A stretch of DNA of 64,000 nt from Gammaproteobacteria bacterium (GTDB lineage Bacteria > Pseudomonadota > Gammaproteobacteria > UBA4575), in NCBI GenBank assembly GCA_965243395.1, contig CBDEUS010000002.1:378022-442021 (forward strand), written 5' to 3'. The notes under the pieces were generated by a model. The model was not told the DNA's origin and did no database searches. It saw only the letters and a program-made list of their open reading frames with translations. Positions 1 through 6,667 of this stretch are shown piece after piece. Each line of letters opens with the position of its first letter. Positions within the stretch are counted from its first letter, which is position 1. The position numbers and the translations under genes are program-made.

Positions 1-1308
1 CAACCTATAAATCTCCCCGTAGCCGAATTATTTACTAACCCAAGCCATTTGGTCATTACTAGCACTCCCTCAAAAGCAATTGTTGAAATTGCGGGTGAAG
101 AACAAGGGATAACACCATTTACTTTACGATTAAGCCCTAACATCGAACACAGCATTACTCTCAGCAAACCTGGGTTTAGATCAAATCAGCAAACCGTAAC
201 TTTAAAGCCGGGAGAACAACAGAATATTTCTGCTACTTTGGAAGCGATATTAGGCACGGTGGTTCTTAACATCGAACCACAAGATGCCGAAATTTTTATT
301 AACGGTAAATTTATGGGAAGTGGAAACGTAAAATTATCCTTACCTAGCGCAAGTCAACGCCTAGAAATAAGAAAGTCTGGCTATCAAGTTTTTGAAAGAA
401 TGATTTCTCCAGCAGCTGACTCTCCTCAAGTACTAGATGTAACTTTATCGCGCATCACTAGTACATCCGATATTAGTAAACCTAAGACTTTGCGTACTTC
501 CGAAGGACAAGAGCTAAAATTAATTTTTGGAGGTAAATTTTCTATGGGTGCTGCACGCCGTGAACAAGGACGGCGCTCTAATGAAACCTTACATACTGTA
601 GAATTAGTTAAACCGTTCTATGTCAGTGTGCATGAAATTACCAACCAGCAATATTTAGTCTTTAATAGTTCGCATAGCTCGGGTTCATATAAAGGTCATG
701 ATCTATCTACGGGAAAATTGCCAGTAGTAAATATTAGTTGGGAAGAGGCTGCACGTTACTGTAATTGGTTAAGCATTAAAGATGGGCTAGAACCCGTTTA
801 CCGTGAAAATAATGGTAAGTTAATTGCTAAAAATCCTATACCTTCTGGTTATCGTCTGCTTACGGAAAGCGAGTGGGAATGGGTTGCGCGGGTTAAAAGC
901 AATAATCAAGTATATCGATATGAATGGGGAAACAGTTTTCCTCCCGATAAAGTTACCGGGAATTATGCGGATCAATCTGCTAAAGATTTATTAGACCCCA
1001 TACTACCTGATTATCAGGACAGTTTTATTGTTGCAGCACCTGTAGGAAGTTTTGCCGCTAATCATTTCGGAATTTTTGATATGGGCGGTAATGTTGCAGA
1101 ATGGTGTCATGATTATCATAGTATCTACCCTAGTTTAAGTGATGAAATCTTCACGGACCCGGTTGGTCCAAATACAGGTGATAAGCATGTAATTCGTGGT
1201 GCATCATGGATGCGGGGGGATTTGAGCAGTACACGTTTAAGCTACCGTGATCGAGATAACACTAAACGCACTGATGTTGGCTTTCGAATTGCGAGATATA
1301 TAGACTAA
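1..1308 (+). CDS. PEGA-repeat + FGE-sulfatase (SUMF1/formylglycine-generating-enzyme-like) domain protein; 5' end lies outside the window
   Basis: Frame 1 is open from nt 1, with no stop before the TTG at 49, so the gene begins upstream. Two PEGA-like repeats (LVITSTPSKAIVEIAGEEQGITPFTL; VVLNIEPQDAEIFINGKFMGSG). FGE-sulfatase hallmarks follow (FSMGA, VVNISWEEAARYCNWLS, GYRLLTESEWEWVAR, DMGGNVAEWCHD, IRGASW, DVGFRIAR). Confidence 0.8.
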   Translation, partial: QPINLPVAELFTNPSHLVITSTPSKAIVEIAGEEQGITPFTLRLSPNIEHSITLSKPGFRSNQQTVTLKPGEQQNISATLEAILGTVVLNIEPQDAEIFINGKFMGSGNVKLSLPSASQRLEIRKSGYQVFERMISPAADSPQVLDVTLSRITSTSDISKPKTLRTSEGQELKLIFGGKFSMGAARREQGRRSNETLHTVELVKPFYVSVHEITNQQYLVFNSSHSSGSYKGHDLSTGKLPVVNISWEEAARYCNWLSIKDGLEPVYRENNGKLIAKNPIPSGYRLLTESEWEWVARVKSNNQVYRYEWGNSFPPDKVTGNYADQSAKDLLDPILPDYQDSFIVAAPVGSFAANHFGIFDMGGNVAEWCHDYHSIYPSLSDEIFTDPVGPNTGDKHVIRGASWMRGDLSSTRLSYRDRDNTKRTDVGFRIARYID

Positions 1309-1321
1309 GTGAGTAAACGTT

Positions 1322-1576
1322 ATGATGAATTTGTGTAAATTATTTATTTATATCGTTACTCTGCTTGCATTTACTTTCACGATAGTTAACGCAGAAGAAA
1401 ACGATGGGAATCAAGATGATCAAACTAAAGAAGAACAAGTAACTGAAACAGCTAACAAGGAAAAATCTGTTAAACAAAATGCTAATAAACGCAGTCAGGT
1501 AAAAACACTAGAAAAATTCATTCCTTCAGAAGAAGTCTCAGCGGATAAGCCTGTAGCATTTCCTGCTGATATCTAA
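1322..1576 (+). CDS. small secreted acidic/lysine-rich protein (84 aa), function unknown
   Basis: ATG start 13 nt after the upstream stop. N-terminal signal peptide (LFIYIVTLLAFTFTIVNA/EE). The mature part is low-complexity and rich in E, K, Q. Operon context supports it being real. Confidence 0.55.
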   Translation: MMNLCKLFIYIVTLLAFTFTIVNAEENDGNQDDQTKEEQVTETANKEKSVKQNANKRSQVKTLEKFIPSEEVSADKPVAFPADI

Positions 1577-1595
1577 TCATCATCAATAATAAAAT

Positions 1596-2393
1596 ATGAA
1601 AAAAAATTTTCCATTCGAGTTTATATATCAAATTTTTAGTTTGTTAATAATAATTATCATTGTCCACGCAGCGTATGTTGCTGTAATCCGGCCTAATGCA
1701 GAAGCTGAGCTTGAGCAACAAGCAGCACAAATTAATATTGATAAAGACTATGTGCCTAAACGATCTATTTATGTACTGATCCGTGACTATGAACAAGAAG
1801 CCTGCTTTATTCTAATGTTTTGGGCTTTATGTATTATGGCCTTCAAAAGTATGAACCTATTTCGCGAGCGCAGCTTATTAGACAAAGATTTGCTGCATGC
1901 AAAAGAAGGAATAAAGTTTTTACCTCAAGATACTCGAGAATTATCGAGGCAAATTCAAAATCTGCCTGAAGACGAACAAAAATATTTATTGCCCAGAGCA
2001 CTGAACGTTGCATTGCATCGCTTCAGTTCAACACAAAATATCCAGGATGTGTCTTCAGCAACCACTAATGTATGTGAGTCTGAATCAGAGCGCCTCGATT
2101 CTGAGCTTTCTATTATTCGATACATTACTTGGGCTATTCCATCAATAGGCTTTCTTGGCACTGTGCGAGGTATTGGTGATGCATTAGGCCAAGCCCATAA
2201 AGCAGTCGAAGGTGACATCGCTGGAGTTACAGAAAGCCTGGGTGTTGCATTTAATTCAACGCTTATTGCATTGTGTATCAGTATTGTACTGATGTTTATT
2301 GTGCATCAATTACAGCTTCTGCAAGAAAGGTTTATCTTAGATACACAGAACTATTGTAATAACAATTTAATTCGGCACTTACAGGTTAGTTAG
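1596..2393 (+). CDS. MotA/TolQ/ExbB-family proton-channel subunit (4 predicted TM helices, large loop between TM2 and TM3)
   Basis: C-terminal signature resembles MotA_ExbB: AIPSIGFLGTVRGIGDALGQA ... GVTESLGVAFNSTLIALCISIVLMFIVHQLQ. Two N-terminal hydrophobic helices, then a hydrophilic segment of about 90 aa. Confidence 0.8.
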   Translation: MKKNFPFEFIYQIFSLLIIIIIVHAAYVAVIRPNAEAELEQQAAQINIDKDYVPKRSIYVLIRDYEQEACFILMFWALCIMAFKSMNLFRERSLLDKDLLHAKEGIKFLPQDTRELSRQIQNLPEDEQKYLLPRALNVALHRFSSTQNIQDVSSATTNVCESESERLDSELSIIRYITWAIPSIGFLGTVRGIGDALGQAHKAVEGDIAGVTESLGVAFNSTLIALCISIVLMFIVHQLQLLQERFILDTQNYCNNNLIRHLQVS

Positions 2394-2402
2394 GTCGCTG
2401 AT

Positions 2403-3764
2403 GTGTTCACTATCAATCCCATTATCATTGAATGTTATGACAATGGAATACGCATCTGTGATGATGAGAAAATTCTTGCTGATAGCGCAAGCTTTGCATT
2501 AATTGAAACAAGTCGACACGTTACCGTAGGTCCTTCTGCTCAACAACAAGCTCATCTTCGTCCTCGTGAAGTCAGCACAACATTTTGGAGCGACTTATCA
2601 GCTAACAGCACTACTAAGCATGTTGTAAGTAATGCCGAGCTCGCACTTAATCATTTACATTATGTTTTACAGCAAGCCAATTGCTCGGATCAAGATGCCA
2701 TAGTTATCACTCCCGCAACATTTGATAAACATCACTTAGGTTTACTGCTTGGCATTTGTGAAAAACTGCCCATCAAAATTGTCGGTATCGTCTGCAACGC
2801 TACGCTTGCGATGCAAGGATTTATTGATGATTGCAAAGCTGTATATTTAGATTTATTACAACGAAAATTAGTCTTGACAGAACTTATTCATAGTAATTCT
2901 GGTGTCGAATTAAAAACACCCAGTCGAATTTTTGATTATGGCTTACAGGACTTTGTGCATAACATCGCAAAATTAATTGCTGACAAATTTGTTGCAGAAA
3001 CGCGCTTTGATCCTTTGCATATTGCAAAACATGAGCAACAACTTTTTGATAAATTGCCACTTTGGTTGAATATGTTAAAAAACACGGATAGCACTGAGTG
3101 CAATTTATCCACTGAGGACGAATCATTTTCCATAAATATAAGCCAACAACAACTGCAACAAGCTAATCACCAGCAATTTGATAAAATTGCAGCTTATCTT
3201 AATGTGCTTTTCCACAACCATGATGCGATAGCCATTTATTGTTCATCAAGTTGTCAGCAAGTATTTGGTATGCAAAATTTCTTTTCGAACTTGCCAGGTT
3301 GTGCAGTAATACAGCTTGAAGATGATTCTTTAGCTAAAAATGCTTTGCTTAATAAAGATGAAATTATAAGCAAGGAGCAGGTTTTATACGTAAATAGTTT
3401 ACCTTGGCATTCTAAATTTAAGCCCGACACTTTATCTTTTAATCCTGGGAAAATATCTAACCTTTCAAGTTTACCTACACATATCTTGATTGATGGTCAT
3501 GCATATGGCTTACAACAAGATATTTATATTGCGCATGACAGGTCTTCAAAATTGTTAATCACACTTGAACAGACATCTGAGAGCTTATGCAAAATTTCAT
3601 CTAATAACTTAAGTGTAGATGTTGAGATTTTAAATTCTATAAAAATACAAATGAATTCGATTTCAGTAGAAAATAATGTGCACGCAAAAATAGGCGACAC
3701 ATTAGCTGTTCAGGACTGTTTGACACATTGTCGGTTTATAAAAGTGGTAGAGCATGAAGCGTAG
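2403..3764 (+). CDS. Hsp70/actin-fold-like protein with degenerate nucleotide-binding motifs and a beta-rich (possibly FHA-like) C-terminal domain
   Basis: GTG start. The segment DAIVITPATFDKHHLGLLLGICEKLPIKIVGIVCNATLAM mirrors the Hsp70 stretch AVITVPAYFND..R.A...AG..GL.V.RIINEPTAAA. The phosphate-1 and phosphate-2 Gly loops are absent (IIIECYDNGIRI; VYLDLLQRKLVL). No signal peptide. The 3' end overlaps the next gene by 11 nt. Confidence 0.5.
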   Translation: MFTINPIIIECYDNGIRICDDEKILADSASFALIETSRHVTVGPSAQQQAHLRPREVSTTFWSDLSANSTTKHVVSNAELALNHLHYVLQQANCSDQDAIVITPATFDKHHLGLLLGICEKLPIKIVGIVCNATLAMQGFIDDCKAVYLDLLQRKLVLTELIHSNSGVELKTPSRIFDYGLQDFVHNIAKLIADKFVAETRFDPLHIAKHEQQLFDKLPLWLNMLKNTDSTECNLSTEDESFSINISQQQLQQANHQQFDKIAAYLNVLFHNHDAIAIYCSSSCQQVFGMQNFFSNLPGCAVIQLEDDSLAKNALLNKDEIISKEQVLYVNSLPWHSKFKPDTLSFNPGKISNLSSLPTHILIDGHAYGLQQDIYIAHDRSSKLLITLEQTSESLCKISSNNLSVDVEILNSIKIQMNSISVENNVHAKIGDTLAVQDCLTHCRFIKVVEHEA

Positions 3765-4842
3765 ATCCGTAAATGCTTTTAATTTAGCTTTTTTGGATGT
3801 CATGTTTTGTGGTTTTGGTGCTGTGATACTATTTTTTATGATCATTAATGCTAATACACATGAAAGAAGAGATAAAATAAATTACGAAGTCACAGGTGAA
3901 GTAAATAAACTAGATAAGGAGGTTATAGGCGCACAAAAATTTTTAGTGGAATTGAAAAATTCTTTACAAGAAACAAATGATGAGCTGATTCAAGCACAAG
4001 GTAAGTCACATGAAGTTATCGAAAATATTAAAAAGAATAAAGATCAGCTTGCAAAATTAGACAAAAACACATTAGCCAAGTTAGAAAGCATAGAAAAACT
4101 AAAGGCGGATTTAAAATCGATTGAAGAAGAGAATCAACGTCTTGAAGGTGGTGCAGAAAAGCTATTAGAAGGTGAGCGTCTAAGGCAATTTTCTGGTACA
4201 GGGCATCGTCAATACTTAACTGGACTAAAAATGGGAGGTGAACGAATATTGATTCTAGTGGACACTTCCGCCAGCATGCTAGCAGATCGAATTGTTAATG
4301 TTCTACGTTTTCGAAATTTGCCTCCTGATGAACGCGTACGCGCAGCCAAATGGCAACAGGTACTTTATACCGTAGATTGGATTACCACACGCATACCAAC
4401 TACAAGTAAATTTCAAATTTACAGTTTTAATGAAACGACTTCTGCAACATATGAAGTGGAAGGAGAGCAGTGGTTAGATGGAGGAAATATAAAACACCTC
4501 GACACTGCAGTACATAATTTATTTCAAATAGCACCTGAAAAAGGTACCAATCTTTATAAAGCATTTGAAAGTATTAACCAGTTCTCTCCTCCGCCTGACA
4601 ATATTTATTTGCTAACAGATGGCTTGCCTACAAAAGGTCCCTCGATAAGCTTTGGAAATAAAGTAAGCTCAAAACAGCGTAAAAAATTATATTCTAAAGC
4701 TATACAAGAACTACCAGGTGGCATCCCTGTAAATATCATTTTATTTCACATGGAGGGGGATCCGTTGGCTGCTAGTGAATTTTGGAAATTGGCGCAAAAT
4801 TCTAATGGTGCCTTCTTCAGTCCTGCAAGAGATTGGCCCTAA
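3754..4842 (+). CDS. ExbD/TolR/MotB-like Asp-containing TM anchor + coiled coil + vWA (MIDAS) domain protein, paralog 1
   Basis: The N-terminus MKRRSVNAFNLAFLDVMFCGFGAVILFFMI resembles the ExbD TM helix (FIDVMLVLLIIFMV), including the intramembrane Asp (D15). Residues ~45-150 are heptad-like and rich in E, K, L. The vWA domain has a DxSxS MIDAS motif (ILILVDTSASM) and a later LLTDGLPT motif. Confidence 0.75.
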   Translation: MKRRSVNAFNLAFLDVMFCGFGAVILFFMIINANTHERRDKINYEVTGEVNKLDKEVIGAQKFLVELKNSLQETNDELIQAQGKSHEVIENIKKNKDQLAKLDKNTLAKLESIEKLKADLKSIEEENQRLEGGAEKLLEGERLRQFSGTGHRQYLTGLKMGGERILILVDTSASMLADRIVNVLRFRNLPPDERVRAAKWQQVLYTVDWITTRIPTTSKFQIYSFNETTSATYEVEGEQWLDGGNIKHLDTAVHNLFQIAPEKGTNLYKAFESINQFSPPPDNIYLLTDGLPTKGPSISFGNKVSSKQRKKLYSKAIQELPGGIPVNIILFHMEGDPLAASEFWKLAQNSNGAFFSPARDWP

Positions 4843-4866
4843 GACATTGGTTTTGACATTATTACT

Positions 4867-5874
4867 ATGAAACGACGTCGAAATATTGAAATATTTAGTT
4901 TGTCTTTTTTAGACTGCGTTTGTTGCGGCTTTGGTGCACTGATCTTATTGCTAGTGTTATCCAAAACTGCGGAACCAGTAATTTTTGAAGAGTATTCGCT
5001 CGATCTAGAAAACATATTAGCCAAGTTACAAACCGAGCTGTTTGAAATTCGTGGTGAAACTCATATTTTAAATCGTGATTTAGTCACAAAAAAACAACAG
5101 CTTTCCGAAGAAGTTGAAAAAATTGCATTACTTCAAGCAGATTTATCTTCTATTCTTGGAAAATTCGCTGCTTCAAAAGATAGTTCAAATATACAAAACA
5201 AAATTGAACAGCAACTGGCAACTGCCAAACAAGACCTCACGGAAGAGATGCGTCGATTACAAGAACAACAAAGCAGGCCCAGAACAGAATTTGACGATAC
5301 AGTTGGAGGAATTCCGGTAGATAGCGAATACATTATTTTTATAATTGATACCTCAGGAAGTATGTTTAACCATGGCTGGGGTTCCGTTATACAAAAACTC
5401 TCTGAAGTTTTAGACATCTACCCCAAGGTTAAAGGTATTCAAGTAATGAATGATATGGGTGAATATATGTTCGCCCAATACACAGGAAAATGGATCCCAG
5501 ATACACCAGCAAGACGTAAAGCAATTATTAAACGCATGCGTAAATGGCAAGCTTTTAGTAATAGCAGTCCTGTTGAAGGTATCACAGCCGCGATTAATAC
5601 ATTCTATTCAAAAAATAAAAAAATCAGTTTATATGTGTTCGGTGATGAATTTACCGGTCCTTCGATTCAATCCGTGTTACACGAAGTGAGTCAACTTAAT
5701 CCTAAAAATACTAATGGTAAGCGTCGAGTTCGTATTCATGCAGTAGGGTTTCCGATTCAGTTCAGTCGCCCCGATAGTGAGCAGGGTACCGGAGTTAGAT
5801 TTGCCACTTTAATGCGAGCATTATGCGAGCAAAATGGCGGTACATTTGTAGGTCTAAATTCTCATTATCCCTGA
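4867..5874 (+). CDS. ExbD/TolR/MotB-like Asp-containing TM anchor + coiled coil + vWA (MIDAS) domain protein, paralog 2
   Basis: N-terminus MKRRRNIEIFSLSFLDCVCCGFGALILLLVL with intramembrane Asp (D16). Coiled-coil-like region ~45-140. vWA domain with DxSxS (IIFIIDTSGSM). Same architecture as the upstream gene. Confidence 0.75.
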   Translation: MKRRRNIEIFSLSFLDCVCCGFGALILLLVLSKTAEPVIFEEYSLDLENILAKLQTELFEIRGETHILNRDLVTKKQQLSEEVEKIALLQADLSSILGKFAASKDSSNIQNKIEQQLATAKQDLTEEMRRLQEQQSRPRTEFDDTVGGIPVDSEYIIFIIDTSGSMFNHGWGSVIQKLSEVLDIYPKVKGIQVMNDMGEYMFAQYTGKWIPDTPARRKAIIKRMRKWQAFSNSSPVEGITAAINTFYSKNKKISLYVFGDEFTGPSIQSVLHEVSQLNPKNTNGKRRVRIHAVGFPIQFSRPDSEQGTGVRFATLMRALCEQNGGTFVGLNSHYP

Positions 5875-6088
5875 ATTTTTGATTATACTATTCCACTGGT
5901 TGGCCTTATTCGTGCACTCTGCCCAGTAGGCGATGAGGAGTTGTCACATACTGTGCTTAACTAACTGAATCAGATAGGCTTTTAAGTAAATTTTTAACTC
6001 GCACACAGAATTTTGATCGTTACACTTTGTCGTGAGAAAACTACCGCTCATAGCCTCAATTTAAGCTTAGATCCTAAAGGAGCTCAAA

Positions 6089-6661
6089 ATGTCATTTCCT
6101 AATTCACATGCAACATTCAATTCAATTTATTTGCGGAGTTTATTCAAGTACACCTTAATTTTCATTGCCAGCAGCCTGCTGATTAGCGCCTGCAGCGGTG
6201 ATAAAGAAGATGTACCTGTTGAAAAAGAAGTAACTGAAACTGTTGTTCCGGAAAGCACAAAAGCTACTTCAAACGACATTGCTTCTGAAATTCAAGTGAA
6301 TAGAGAAAAATGGATGGCGCATGAAATTAGTAGTTACCAGATTGAGATGCAGAAAATCTGCTATTGCGTTCCTGAAGTTGTACGCATGATGGTGTTTGAA
6401 GTTGACGAAAATGAAGTGGTATCTGTGCGTTATGCAGACACTGGTGAAGATGTCGATCCACAACACTACGGTGACTTTAATACGATTGAAAGCATGTTTA
6501 CGTTTGTTGAAAAGGCCTTGGAAAAAGATCCAGCCGATCTGTCCATCGCATATCACGATAAGTATGGATACATAAAGGAAATGAGTGTGGATTTTAAAAA
6601 GAACATTGCTGACGATGAGATTTCAATTATCGCCTCAAATATGAGGCCAAAAGAAAATTAG
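6089..6661 (+). CDS. putative lipoprotein (190 aa) with a conserved CxC motif
   Basis: Strong RBS (AAAGGAG) 7 nt upstream of the ATG. Signal peptide with lipobox LLISA|C. CYC motif in QKICYCVPE. Ends 6 nt before the protease gene. Confidence 0.6.
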   Translation: MSFPNSHATFNSIYLRSLFKYTLIFIASSLLISACSGDKEDVPVEKEVTETVVPESTKATSNDIASEIQVNREKWMAHEISSYQIEMQKICYCVPEVVRMMVFEVDENEVVSVRYADTGEDVDPQHYGDFNTIESMFTFVEKALEKDPADLSIAYHDKYGYIKEMSVDFKKNIADDEISIIASNMRPKEN

Positions 6662-6667
6662 GTATTT

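Noticed and set aside
5114-5689. Short ORFs (68-94 aa) on both strands inside the second vWA gene, with similar ones at 2884-3133 inside the Hsp70-like gene.
   Set aside because: They are embedded in longer ORFs that have coherent domain architecture. They are most likely chance ORFs in AT-rich sequence.
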